DNA of 64,000 nucleotides from Prevotella sp. (GTDB lineage Bacteria; Bacteroidota; Bacteroidia; Bacteroidales; Bacteroidaceae). Shown here piece by piece: positions 28,829 through 38,676 of the stretch (within the stretch, counting starts at the first letter, position 1; each line of letters starts with the position of its first letter). The position numbers and the translations under genes are program-made. The notes below the pieces were generated by a model. It was not told the DNA's origin, searched no databases, and worked only from the letters and a program-made list of their open reading frames with translations. The DNA lies in the NCBI GenBank assembly GCA_050946455.1, contig JBMNUV010000006.1, positions 23,504 to 87,503 on the forward strand, given 5' to 3'.

Positions 28829-30541
28829 TTATTCTGGTATTCTTGCAATTGTCTTGCCCAATTCATAGGCTTGTTGGTAGAAAGGTGTATCAACAATATC
28901 ACCAGAGCGGCTCACGCCATAGGCTCGCACCATACCTCGTTCAGTGGCGTTGTCCAAGCAACTGAGGAAACCACGCATGGCATTGATGGCTCCATCGGTG
29001 ACATGGTTATTGCCATTGCCGCAAACCGTGAGGTAATAAAACTCCTTGCCCGACATCGACTCATCACGGAAGCAATAGAACGTGCGGTCGATGAGTGCCT
29101 TGAGCTTGGCATCAATGGTCCAGAAGTAAACGGGCGAAGCAAGAACAATGACATCTGCCCTACGCATCTTCTCTATAATTTCTCTTGCATCATCATTAGG
29201 AACGGCAGTAGAGTCGAAATCCTCGTTGAGTTGGTCCATGGTGAAGAAATTGATTTTCTTGTCATACAGAAAGACTTTCTCCACCTGCTGTCCCGTCTCT
29301 TGAGCTCCCTTGATAAAAGCATCTGCCATCAAGTCGGTATTGCCTCCACGATTGGGACTGGCAGAGATAACAAGAACTTTGTTGACTGCCTTGCCCGTGG
29401 TGGAATAGTCTGAATAGTTGATGCGGGTGAACTTGGCACGGTCGCGCATCTTCAATTCCGTATTCAGGTCTATCTTCATTCGCATAATCTTAAAATTACC
29501 GGGTTGGCGTTGTCCGTTGTGGAAACGCGGCTCATCATCAATTTTCGAGAAACTGATATAGAGATAGCCGTTGGTCCACTGATAACTGTCGGGCCACGTG
29601 AGCGATGGGTCTGGTGGAACAACCTCCGACATCCTGAGGTCGGGTGCCACCCGCATGATGCGGCGGTTCTCTTGGTCTCCCAAATAGAGGTTGCCACTGG
29701 AATCGAACTCCATTCCGTCGGTTGCAGTGAAATGACCGAGCATTTCCACATGTTTCTCTATTTCCGCATCGGTGAGCGTCATATTGTTGAGGATAGCCGT
29801 GGGAACACGGAACAGACGGTCATCGGTGAGCGCCTTGAAATAGAGCCAGCGCATGTCGGGTGTGATGGCTATACCGTCGGCATTACCGCGATAGGGTTTG
29901 CCATGATTAAGAAGAGGCTTGCCGTGACTGCGAAAGACGTAGTTGGTATCTGCCTTTGTGACGTCAGAACCGAGCAACACCTGACGTGCGTCGCCAGTCT
30001 TGAGGTTGACCACGACGATGCCTCCCTCTCCCGAATTGGTAATATAGCCCATGTCATTATGAGTATCGATTCGGATGTCATTGAGATAGCTGTCGGGACC
30101 CGCCACTGAACTCAGCGGATAGACACGGACGACACGGTTGGTTTTCAAGTCAATGCGGACGAGTTTTTGTCCCTTGTCCTGTCCCTTCAAGTCGGCTCGA
30201 TAACCAGGGTCCACTACCCACATATTATCATTGGCATCAATAACAACGGCTTGGATGGCAACAAAATGTTTCTGCTTGTTGCCGCCCTTGCCGACTGTCC
30301 ATTGGTTCCATTCCTCGTTGGGATAAGGCACCTTCTTGCCGTCGACAATCTCAACCAGTCCATATTTGTAGGGGCCGTCCCACCGGGGATAACTCACAAA
30401 CAGACGACCTGTGCGCGATACGGCTACACCCGTCAACTGATAGATGCTGTCCTCAAAGACGGTCTCCATCTGCTGCGCAGAGGCAGTCAGATGGGCCGTC
30501 AGAGTGAGAAGCAACAAAAAAAACATCTTCTTCATACACAT
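28829..30541 (-). CDS. Fusion: major-royal-jelly/yellow-like beta-propeller + flavodoxin-fold FMN reductase domain, with signal peptide
   Basis: N-part TGVAVSRTGRLFVSYPRW, VVIDANDNMWVVDPG, YLNDIRID, ADGIAITPD, WPDSY; C-part KVLVISASPNRGGNTD, ADVIVLASPVYFWTIDAKLKALIDR; one uninterrupted frame. Confidence 0.82.
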   Translation of the reverse strand: MCMKKMFFLLLLTLTAHLTASAQQMETVFEDSIYQLTGVAVSRTGRLFVSYPRWDGPYKYGLVEIVDGKKVPYPNEEWNQWTVGKGGNKQKHFVAIQAVVIDANDNMWVVDPGYRADLKGQDKGQKLVRIDLKTNRVVRVYPLSSVAGPDSYLNDIRIDTHNDMGYITNSGEGGIVVVNLKTGDARQVLLGSDVTKADTNYVFRSHGKPLLNHGKPYRGNADGIAITPDMRWLYFKALTDDRLFRVPTAILNNMTLTDAEIEKHVEMLGHFTATDGMEFDSSGNLYLGDQENRRIMRVAPDLRMSEVVPPDPSLTWPDSYQWTNGYLYISFSKIDDEPRFHNGQRQPGNFKIMRMKIDLNTELKMRDRAKFTRINYSDYSTTGKAVNKVLVISASPNRGGNTDLMADAFIKGAQETGQQVEKVFLYDKKINFFTMDQLNEDFDSTAVPNDDAREIIEKMRRADVIVLASPVYFWTIDAKLKALIDRTFYCFRDESMSGKEFYYLTVCGNGNNHVTDGAINAMRGFLSCLDNATERGMVRAYGVSRSGDIVDTPFYQQAYELGKTIARIPE

Positions 30542-30616
30542 GAACGATAACTAAGAACAGAAAGCTAACAGATTCTTGCTCCTCTACCCTTCTGTTCTCA
30601 TTCATTATTTATTTAA

Positions 30617-31129
30617 TTAATCTAATGGCATTTTCTCTCGGGCAGCCTTCACCAGTCCGTAGAGCCAGCTCTGATGACCGTCAATCATCGTGTTGGTGCC
30701 AGCCATATCAGCGGCGGGCTTTCCAATCTGACTCTCTTGGGTGAGGATGCGCAGACGGTTTCCGGGCAGTTCCTCCAAGAGCCAAGCATGGACAACATCG
30801 AGTCGGTGGTCGGCGTCACCTTCTGCCCAACCATGCCAACTGATACGGGCGATGCCATTCTTGGGAGCCTGAAACTCGATAATCTCGGCATCAATGGGGA
30901 AACCGAAGGTCTTGAAAAAGAAGGAAGCGCCATAATAAAGCTCATTCTTTCCTTCTTCCTTGTAACGGGCATCCGATGAATTGCTATAGTATTTCTCCCA
31001 AACAGTGGCATGGGTGAGATAAGGCCATACATCGGCAGCCTTGAGGTTCTTTACGATGAGTTCGTTACTTGCGAAGTTGTCTGTGGTGCCGGGAAGATAC
31101 TGCTCCGGCCAATTGATTTCGTTCAACAT
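30617..31129 (-). CDS. SRPBCC/polyketide-cyclase-like ligand-binding protein
   Basis: INWPEQYLPGTTDNFASNE, RISWHGW, VVHAWLLEEL, RILTQESQIG, GHQSWLYGLV. Confidence 0.7.
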   Translation of the reverse strand: MLNEINWPEQYLPGTTDNFASNELIVKNLKAADVWPYLTHATVWEKYYSNSSDARYKEEGKNELYYGASFFFKTFGFPIDAEIIEFQAPKNGIARISWHGWAEGDADHRLDVVHAWLLEELPGNRLRILTQESQIGKPAADMAGTNTMIDGHQSWLYGLVKAAREKMPLD

Positions 31130-31406
31130 AATCGTTTTATTATTTCGTTAATCATTTGTTCTAAATCTGTTGCAAATATACGAACTAAACAAATTCATCC
31201 GGTTACGTTAAACGGCTTTTGGGACTTTCGTCAAAAGGCGATGTTGCTTATCTTTCTCTCCATTCCGCTTGATTATGACAACAACAATTTGTTAAGATGG
31301 GGAAAAGTCAGGCTGGAGAAAATATATCTATCAGATTGGCAAATTCAAAATAATTATTTATATTTGCGGTAACTAATTGAGAGTGTTCATTCAAAAGAAT
31401 TAAACG

Positions 31407-32348
31407 ATGAAGAATTCGTATGGACAATTCAAAATATTAAGCCGTATGGGATTGAGAATTTTAAGATTCATCATGGTATTAATGCTGCCTTTCATAGGAT
31501 TCTCCACTGTCTGGGCGCAATCAGAACAGGGGAAGACTTTAGAGACTTCTGTCAATAAGGAACATTACGAGCTCAACGATGAATTGAAGGTGCCCGTCAC
31601 GCCATTGAGCATGATGGGGACACCTGTCAATACTTTCCCGTCAGTCCAACCGATAAAGACAGCAATAGACTCGGTTGCCTTTTTTAATAACACAAGCGCT
31701 GTGACTAAAGACCTCAACCCCATGCTCCAAGGTTATGCCGCACAGGAAGCTTACTACAATGAGCTCAACGGCATCGGCTTCCATCGACAAGGAATGTATC
31801 AATTTTTTGAAGGCATGTCAGTATATGCCGGCAGCATGATGGACGAACATCCCAACCTGCTCACCACACGCTCAATGAACTTTGGACTATATGGAGAATT
31901 TGGCAACTGGGACTTCACAGCCGCTGTGGAAGTCAACCGTTATATGTCGGCATGGCCTGCAAGCTACTACAACCACGTGACCAACCAATATGGCATTGCC
32001 GGCAGTCTCACTTACCATTTCAACCCTGAATGGAGTGCCACAATTTTTGGAGCTTTCTACAACCGCAATCCTTATTTCAATATGGCATCGTTTCCTTACG
32101 TCAACACAAGCCGATTTGGCGGCTTTCTGCGCTACGACAATGGGAAAGTGGGAATGAAGATGGGCATGGAGCGATATTACGATGCGTTCAGTAAAAGTTG
32201 GCATAATGAACCTATCGTCACTCCCGTATGGCACGTCAGTAAAAAGTTTGATGTGGAACTGCCCTTGGGAGATTTGGTGCGCAGGGGTCTACAAAATATC
32301 TTTGATCATGACAACAGAGGACCGATGATTATACCTAATGGATGGTGA
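31407..32348 (+). CDS. Exported hypothetical protein, probable outer-membrane beta-barrel C-terminal half
   Basis: Signal-like segment ending STVWAQ; alternating aromatic/Gly strands (YGIAGSLTYHFNPEWSATIFGAFY). Exact start uncertain. Confidence 0.6.
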   Translation: MKNSYGQFKILSRMGLRILRFIMVLMLPFIGFSTVWAQSEQGKTLETSVNKEHYELNDELKVPVTPLSMMGTPVNTFPSVQPIKTAIDSVAFFNNTSAVTKDLNPMLQGYAAQEAYYNELNGIGFHRQGMYQFFEGMSVYAGSMMDEHPNLLTTRSMNFGLYGEFGNWDFTAAVEVNRYMSAWPASYYNHVTNQYGIAGSLTYHFNPEWSATIFGAFYNRNPYFNMASFPYVNTSRFGGFLRYDNGKVGMKMGMERYYDAFSKSWHNEPIVTPVWHVSKKFDVELPLGDLVRRGLQNIFDHDNRGPMIIPNGW

Positions 32349-32421
32349 CATTGACAGAGAAAAACAACCGCGTAATACATCTTTATAAATTACGATGCCC
32401 TTTGGCATGTAAATAAAGAAA

Positions 32422-32459
32422 GGGTGCGATAGACAAGCAATAAGTTGTCTGTCGCACCC
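32422..32459. terminator. Bidirectional terminator
   Basis: GGGTGCGATAGACAA...TTGTCTGTCGCACCC between convergent genes. Confidence 0.65.
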
Positions 32460-32545
32460 GTCTTCTTTTCAAGGCACTTCCGTGCAACGCAAGTGACCCG
32501 AAAGCACGGTCTATAAACCCATTGCCGCGCTGTGGCAGTCGGTTC

Positions 32546-33154
32546 TCACTCCTTGATTCCGTAGGTCACGTCATCCTCGTCCCATTTGTCCTTTATCTGA
32601 GCCGGTTCTGCTGGATAGCCGATGCAGATAACATTGAGGGGAATGAAGCGTTCCGAGAGGTGGAGTGCCTTGCGGATGCCGTCCACCTTTTTCTGAATTG
32701 GATAGGAACTGGTCCATACGGCTCCCAATCCCATGGCGTGAGCTGCCAACAAAATGTTCTCGCTCGCGCAGGAACAATCCTGTATCCAGAAGTCACGTCC
32801 GTCACCTTCCAGCATCTTCGTAGTGTCTCCACAGACGATAATGAACAGAGGCGTTTTCCGAATGTTGTCGGCATGGCGCTCGTTCGAGGCGGCATAGCGC
32901 TCGATGTCCTCCTTCTCGGAGAGTACCACGAAATGCCACGGACGACGGTCCATGGACGTAGGAGCCGACATACCTGCCCGCAACAACTTCTCTATCTTTT
33001 CCTGTTCCACGGGGCGCTGCTGGAACTTACGGATACTACTGCGCGTCATGATACTTTTTATCACTACGTCGGCTGTATCAATGCTCTGCGCCTTCACGCC
33101 TCCCACTGCCATCATAACGAGCAGGAGAGTGAGAATGATTCTTGTCTTTTCCAT
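32546..33154 (-). CDS. Nitroreductase family protein with signal peptide
   Basis: TRSSIRKF, APTSMDRRPWHF, QDCSCASENILLAAHAMGLGAVW, IGYP. Confidence 0.9.
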   Translation of the reverse strand: MEKTRIILTLLLVMMAVGGVKAQSIDTADVVIKSIMTRSSIRKFQQRPVEQEKIEKLLRAGMSAPTSMDRRPWHFVVLSEKEDIERYAASNERHADNIRKTPLFIIVCGDTTKMLEGDGRDFWIQDCSCASENILLAAHAMGLGAVWTSSYPIQKKVDGIRKALHLSERFIPLNVICIGYPAEPAQIKDKWDEDDVTYGIKE

Positions 33155-33258
33155 TATTTTCTATTATTGATGAGATGAATAAATTCTATCAATTAGATTA
33201 ACCCAATTCTATCGGAAAAATTGCACTATTCTGCTATTTTTGATTGGATGAAACGTAA

Positions 33259-33294
33259 AGGAGCGGGATGCCGCGAAAGCACTGTCCCGCTCCT
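33259..33294 (-). terminator. Terminator of the TonB receptor/lipoprotein operon
   Basis: AGGAGCGGGA...TCCCGCTCCT stem. Confidence 0.6.
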
Positions 33295-33302
33295 AATGGG
33301 TG

Positions 33303-34556
33303 TCACTTGATGATGCAGATGGACTTGAGCAGGTCGCTCTTTTCGAAGGTCATGAACGGAGTGGCGACTCCCGTCTCAGCGTTGATTTTGTAGATAGTGG
33401 GCGTTACATTGCTTGTAGCGGTGTCGCTTCCATTGTTGAAACTGGTGGCGGCGGCAATAGGCAGATAGTAATAGCCGTCGTAGCCATCGCCCCATCCGAA
33501 AGAAATCGTGGATGGGTCGGGCAGACCCGTGACCCACGTCAAACTCTGGTCGCTCATATCCACCACGGCGAGCTTGCCGGAGGCATCCATGTTACCGTAG
33601 GCTGTTGTGGAGAGATAGAACTCCAACAGAAACTTGTCACCGCTGATGTGGAATGCCTTGCGGAAACGGTAACCGCCCGACTTAGACAGGATGTCGAACT
33701 TATAGTTGGAGTCGAAAGCGGTCTCTCCCTTGTTGATGCGAAGCGCTCCCACCTTCCTGTTGTCCGAGCTATTGCCACTGAACACATAGACATTGCCGTT
33801 GTCGTCTGCACCGCTCATAGCATAACGCACGGAGCGCTGAGCACCAACAGAAGTGCCGATGCGGTTGTCGTAGATGACCTTCGTGATGTTCAGATTGTAA
33901 TCGCAAAAGGCAACGGCAGCGGAATCTCGGTTGGCGTAGGATAGCACCATTGCCACTTGGTTGTCGCCGCGGTCCACGATGTTTGCCACCGATGGATTGG
34001 TCTCGTCAATGGCATACTGGGGCAGCGCCAGCGAGAGGTTATTGCCCGAACCATCGGCACTGACCACCTCGCAGTAGGGATTACTGATTTGGGCGGCGTA
34101 GGAATAGGTGCCGAAGATGCCTGTATTGCCAAAATTAGAAACGAGTATCGGACTGGCAATTTCCTCTAACCGACCGTCAACGACGCGGTAGCTGCGCAGA
34201 CCCGCCTTCATGCTGCCGATACCCTGTGCCGACGCACCACGGGCATAGATGTAGCCCGTAAAGACGCCGGATGCGGGATTATAGCTGGTCTGCGTGAAAC
34301 TGTCGTAACTCTTGGTGCCATTGGCGCTGTCGGCATAGACGCTCTGTCCCGTTTTAGTAGCGTTCAGGTCTGAGAACACCTTCATAACCACACCACCGGT
34401 GAGGTCTGTTGTGGGGTCACCAGAAGTCACGATGAAGCTCACTTTTGAAGGATTCTCTATGTTACTGCCATTGTCGCCGTCGTCGCTGTCGGAGCAGGAT
34501 AAGAGGGCTGTGGAGCATGATAGCGCGAGAAGCGCCATAAGGAAATGTTTGTTCAT
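33303..34556 (-). CDS. DUF4374-like beta-propeller lipoprotein (second paralogue)
   Basis: Lipobox LLSC; shares D..G.VYVFS, GALRI..G...FD..Y, Y.FR+...+.G.KFLLE.Y and WVTGLP with the neighbouring DUF4374 protein. Start ATG 34556. Confidence 0.7.
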   Translation of the reverse strand: MNKHFLMALLALSCSTALLSCSDSDDGDNGSNIENPSKVSFIVTSGDPTTDLTGGVVMKVFSDLNATKTGQSVYADSANGTKSYDSFTQTSYNPASGVFTGYIYARGASAQGIGSMKAGLRSYRVVDGRLEEIASPILVSNFGNTGIFGTYSYAAQISNPYCEVVSADGSGNNLSLALPQYAIDETNPSVANIVDRGDNQVAMVLSYANRDSAAVAFCDYNLNITKVIYDNRIGTSVGAQRSVRYAMSGADDNGNVYVFSGNSSDNRKVGALRINKGETAFDSNYKFDILSKSGGYRFRKAFHISGDKFLLEFYLSTTAYGNMDASGKLAVVDMSDQSLTWVTGLPDPSTISFGWGDGYDGYYYLPIAAATSFNNGSDTATSNVTPTIYKINAETGVATPFMTFEKSDLLKSICIIK

Positions 34557-34608
34557 TGTTGTTCTATGATTTTGTATTATTGAATAATTGGATTTACTGT
34601 AGTTATTG

Positions 34609-34777
34609 AAGTTTCGCAAGTTTGCAACTTGCTCACTTCAAAGGAGTTAGGAGGAGTCAAAGGAGTTATAGGAGTTAAAGACAACAGTGCTGAAGGGTAT
34701 CAGAATCCTTCAATAGTAATGTCTTAACTCCTTTGACTCCTTTTAACTCCTTTGACTCCTCCATAAATGCGAAAGTT
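34609..34777. repeat. ~170-bp hairpin element (MITE-like), copy 1
   Basis: Ends AAGTTTCGCA / TGCGAAAGTT; arms of GGAGT(C/T)AAA and TTT(G/A)ACTCC units around GCTGAAGGGTATCAGAATCCTTC; near-identical copy at 54167-54337. Confidence 0.8.
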
Positions 34778-34850
34778 GAGTGTAGTTATTAATGTGTCTG
34801 CTGTTTGAGACGCACTCATTCGTAGGATTAAGATAGCCTTCACATCCCTA

Positions 34851-36176
34851 TTAATTCAGCTTTCCGATGGTTCTAATTTCATAGACACCCGTCAACGTGA
34901 TGCCTTTCGTCGCCTCACCTGTATCGGGATTCACGAGATAGATGGTAGCATCGGAGCCATACTGCGTGATAGGCAGGTAGATGACACCGTCTGCATAGCA
35001 GGGAACGCCTCCTGTCTCCACGCCGGAAGTGATGAGGTTGCGGGCAGGCAGACCAGTGACCCAAGTGAAGGACTTCTCTCCCATGTCAACAATGGCATAG
35101 CGGTGTCCTGCTGTAATGGTGGTGAGAGCACTGCCTTTCTCATCGTAGATTTCGAGCAGGAACTTGCTACCGTAGAGATACCACACCCGACGGAACTTAT
35201 ATCCGTCAGCGGGAGTCTCCAAATCATAGTAGTAGTCGGGGTCAAAACCCTCGGCTCCCGATTTGATGCGAAGCGCCCCTGCCTTGCGGGTAGTCGCGGT
35301 ATTGAAGGCATTGGAGAACACATAGACGGTGCCGTCATTGGTGCGGAACACTTCCTGAAGCACCTGCGAGCGGTATTGTCCTGCTGCGTAGCTCAATCGG
35401 TCGTCACGATAAATCTTCATCACGTTGAGGTCTTTGTCAAGCCGTGCCACCCAAACGCTGTCGGGATATCTCACCGTTCCGATGCTTGAGCCATCGCCTG
35501 TGCCGGTCTGATGGAAGTCCGACTCCACCATGGCAGAGAGGAAAGTACCGTCACCCATATCCACGATGCTGGAGAAGGTCACTTGCTCGCCATTGCCCGT
35601 CAGGTCTTCCGTCCAAATCGTCTTGGTATGGTCGAGAAGCACTCCTTTGTCGGTGATATTCCAGAAGGTGAACGTAGCACCGTCGTTACGGGTTCCGTCG
35701 GTGGAGACCTGTCCGGCGACGCTCGTCACAAGCTGATTATTGAAGAAGCCATAATTGGAATAACGTGCCTCAATGCGGAACTCTCCCAACTTGCTCAGTG
35801 GAGCATCATCGGATGTCCACCGCATTCCATAACCAATCCCCGCGTACTGCTGCTGATAAACCAGTCCGATGGCATCATGGTTCTGGAATACCCATGTGTA
35901 TTCCTGCTGGGGCAGTTCCAAGATGTTGTCTTTGATGTTTAGGTTACCGTCGGTCAAACTGTTGGTCTGCATGATGTATTCGGTTCCCGAAGCAGCCTTG
36001 ACGGCGATAAAATAGGGACCTTGCCCGTTTTTCACTGTTGTGGAAGTGCTGTCAATTTCGGTCATGTCGTTGTCGGCGGTATCACTGTCAGATGAGCAGG
36101 AAGCCAGTCCGAGGAACGACAGCAGCACCAAGAACACAGCCATAGTGGACTGTAAGTAAAATGTTGTTCGTTTCAT
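34851..36176 (-). CDS. DUF4374 domain lipoprotein (XusB-like)
   Basis: Lipobox LASC; YPDSVWVARLD, DDRLSYAAGQYRSQ, DGTVYVFS, AGALRIKSG..GFDPDYY; directly downstream of a TonB receptor. Confidence 0.8.
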   Translation of the reverse strand: MKRTTFYLQSTMAVFLVLLSFLGLASCSSDSDTADNDMTEIDSTSTTVKNGQGPYFIAVKAASGTEYIMQTNSLTDGNLNIKDNILELPQQEYTWVFQNHDAIGLVYQQQYAGIGYGMRWTSDDAPLSKLGEFRIEARYSNYGFFNNQLVTSVAGQVSTDGTRNDGATFTFWNITDKGVLLDHTKTIWTEDLTGNGEQVTFSSIVDMGDGTFLSAMVESDFHQTGTGDGSSIGTVRYPDSVWVARLDKDLNVMKIYRDDRLSYAAGQYRSQVLQEVFRTNDGTVYVFSNAFNTATTRKAGALRIKSGAEGFDPDYYYDLETPADGYKFRRVWYLYGSKFLLEIYDEKGSALTTITAGHRYAIVDMGEKSFTWVTGLPARNLITSGVETGGVPCYADGVIYLPITQYGSDATIYLVNPDTGEATKGITLTGVYEIRTIGKLN

Positions 36177-36211
36177 ATTGTATTTCGTCTTGATTAAATG
36201 GTTTCATAGAC

Positions 36212-38380
36212 TTATCGCTTGTAGAACACGTATCGGAACTTCAAGCTGAAGCTGCGCCCCGGCTTTTGCAGACTGTAGTTGTCGTAGAGCAGGGCATTTC
36301 CGATGTTGTTTGCCTCAAAAGCGATGTTATAGCGTCCGCCGAAAGTGTAGGTGATGGCGGCATCATGACTGATTTGTTCTGGGATATAAAGTTTTGCTCC
36401 CTCGCCCGACCATGACCTATAGAAACGGTGGACATAATTGAGGTGATAACTAAGGGTCAGTCGGTCCGACTTGGATGCCAAATGCTTGAACAGGAGTTGC
36501 GCATAGGCTCCGCCGAAGGCATAGGGCTGATTGGGCACGCGGTTGCCGTAGGTGACGCTCTTCGCTCCGATGAGGTTCAGCCGTTCGTCGTCGCGAAAGT
36601 TCTGCAGGGCATAGTTGGCATTGATGGAAAAGATGTCCTTATATGCATATCTGATTGCCACGTCGGCACCTAAACCGCGTACCTTACCGTGGTTGTCGCT
36701 CATGGCGCTACCGTTCTGAGCGATGGTGCGGATGATGTAGTCGCGGATGTAGCGGAAGTAAGGGGTCACTTCCACGCCCACCGTGTGCCGCTCGTCCCAG
36801 TTGTGCTGCCAACCCAAGTTGAGGTTGATATTGTCGCTCCTTTCTGGCTTCAACGTCGTGTTACCCTGTTCGTAGTCGCCATCGCCGAATAGCTCCAAGT
36901 CGGTGGGCAGACGCGACGTGCGCTCATAGGAGAGTTTCAGTTGCAGGTCGTTGTTGAACAACAGCCACGTGGCAACGGCTCCCCATCCGAGTGCCTGTCT
37001 GCTGCGTTGCTGTTCCTCATAGACGGCGCGACCCGATGATGCCGTATTCACCGGTCCCCGCACATGAGAGGAAAAATATTTAATGAAAGCCGTGGCATTC
37101 CACGTGGAGACCGGAGCCCACTGATAGGACAGTCCCAACGTATTCTTTCCGTTGACGCGCCGCATGAAAGTGGCTTCAGAACTTTGAACGGAGTTGGCTG
37201 CATTGTTCGTGGTATGGCGCGAATAACGGCTGTAAGTGTCGTTGAGGGCGAAGGTGTGACCCGGCGCAAGATTGTAGGTAAGGTTCACGACGTTGGAGAA
37301 GGTGCGCCCCGTAAACTCGGCAAGGGTGGCGATACCCTCCCCTTGGTAGTCCTTGAGCTTGTATTCTCCCGTCCAAGTGTAGGTGCGGCTTGCGGTATCC
37401 ACGTTGTTCGTCGTGACGAAGTCCATGCGTGCAGACCAACGGAAGTTCAGCCTTGGCAGGAGGTTGCGCTTCTCATACATCACGCTGGGCGAGAGGGTAT
37501 GAGAGGTGCGGTACTTCTTTCCGAACACAATCTTCATGAGGTTGGCGTTCTGGATTTGCGCGTATTCGTGCGAATAGGTGAAGCCAAAAATCAGTTTGTC
37601 CGCCCATGGTTGGTTCACGATTCCCGCCTGCGCGATGACTGCTTCGTTGTGATAGCGGTCGTGGAACCGACGGAACCATCGTTCATCGTTGGAGAGGGCA
37701 TTAGTGGCGAGGTTTGTCCACTGGGTTTTCACCTTGTAGTCGTTGTCCGAATAGTTTTGATAGGCAATGAGGCGCACCGTCCAACCTTTGTCTCCCGTCC
37801 ATCCCAATGATAAATTAGACCGATGGGTATTAAACGAGCCATAGCTGTAGGAGGCATCAATATAGGTATGGGGAGAGTGGTCTGTCACGATATTCACGGC
37901 TCCTCCCAAGGCATCGGAACCGAGACTGACCGGCACTACTCCTTTGTAAACCGCTACGCTGTTGGCGAGGGTGACGGGAATATTGTTCAACGAGAAACTG
38001 GTGGACGATTCATCCATGGGAATACCATCGATGAAAATGCGGAGTTGCTTGCCGGAGAATCCATTGATATGGATGCTGTTGCCGGAGCCAAGTCCGCCGT
38101 CACTTCGCACCTTGACACCCGAAATACGGTTGAGGACATCTGCCAAATTGAGGGTAGTGTTGCGCAGTCGTCGCGTGTCGATAGCGACAGCATTGTAGGC
38201 GGAGCCATTGACACGCTGGATAATGTTTCCGCGCACCACCACTTCTTTCAGCCTATGTGTGCGGTCAAGGCTACTGTGATGTTGTGCAGAGTCGTTGGAT
38301 ACCTGCCCGTGCATGGTGGTGGCTGAGAGCAACAAGGCGACGAGTACCCCATTGAATTTCAAATAATTGCTTCTTATCAT
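36212..38380 (-). CDS. TonB-dependent receptor, iron/siderophore type (XusA-like; not SusC)
   Basis: LADVLNRISGVKVRSDGGLGS, FIDGIPM, VYKGVVPVSLGSDALGGAVNIVT, LKPERSDN, QKPGRSFSLKFRYVF. Confidence 0.88.
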   Translation of the reverse strand: MIRSNYLKFNGVLVALLLSATTMHGQVSNDSAQHHSSLDRTHRLKEVVVRGNIIQRVNGSAYNAVAIDTRRLRNTTLNLADVLNRISGVKVRSDGGLGSGNSIHINGFSGKQLRIFIDGIPMDESSTSFSLNNIPVTLANSVAVYKGVVPVSLGSDALGGAVNIVTDHSPHTYIDASYSYGSFNTHRSNLSLGWTGDKGWTVRLIAYQNYSDNDYKVKTQWTNLATNALSNDERWFRRFHDRYHNEAVIAQAGIVNQPWADKLIFGFTYSHEYAQIQNANLMKIVFGKKYRTSHTLSPSVMYEKRNLLPRLNFRWSARMDFVTTNNVDTASRTYTWTGEYKLKDYQGEGIATLAEFTGRTFSNVVNLTYNLAPGHTFALNDTYSRYSRHTTNNAANSVQSSEATFMRRVNGKNTLGLSYQWAPVSTWNATAFIKYFSSHVRGPVNTASSGRAVYEEQQRSRQALGWGAVATWLLFNNDLQLKLSYERTSRLPTDLELFGDGDYEQGNTTLKPERSDNINLNLGWQHNWDERHTVGVEVTPYFRYIRDYIIRTIAQNGSAMSDNHGKVRGLGADVAIRYAYKDIFSINANYALQNFRDDERLNLIGAKSVTYGNRVPNQPYAFGGAYAQLLFKHLASKSDRLTLSYHLNYVHRFYRSWSGEGAKLYIPEQISHDAAITYTFGGRYNIAFEANNIGNALLYDNYSLQKPGRSFSLKFRYVFYKR

Positions 38381-38578
38381 AAACTATTATTGCCTTTACG
38401 GGTAATAATCGTGGTACCATAAGGAGCTTGTACGTCGGGCACTTAAACTGTCAACCGTTGCCGTGCAATGACTGTTTCTCTCTTATCCGTTTCTTTTCCC
38501 CAATTCCTGCTTCCGGCGTAATTTGTCGGAATTTGAGATGGCATGTGTTTGGTTATTCCATACTTCAGGAATCGGGTG

Positions 38579-38586
38579 CAAAATTA
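38579..38586 (-). promoter_or_regulatory. -7 box (TAATTTTG) for the TonB receptor operon
   Basis: TAnnTTTG match about 200 nt upstream of ATG 38380. Confidence 0.55.
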
Positions 38587-38676
38587 ATCCATTTCCACAA
38601 CGCATGCAATACCTAAAAATAACGAGATTTCCATGCTATTTTGAGGAGCGTCACAGTATATTAGGATAAAGCAACA

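Noticed and set aside
38450-38552. Possible 33-aa upstream ORF (MPSQIPTNYAG...) in the receptor leader
   Set aside because: No distinctive composition or coupling; compatible with chance.
38381-38580. Cobalamin riboswitch in the long leader of the TonB receptor
   Set aside because: No AGGGAA, CCGCAACTGT/GCCACTG or AGYCAG-A-ACC elements on the coding strand.
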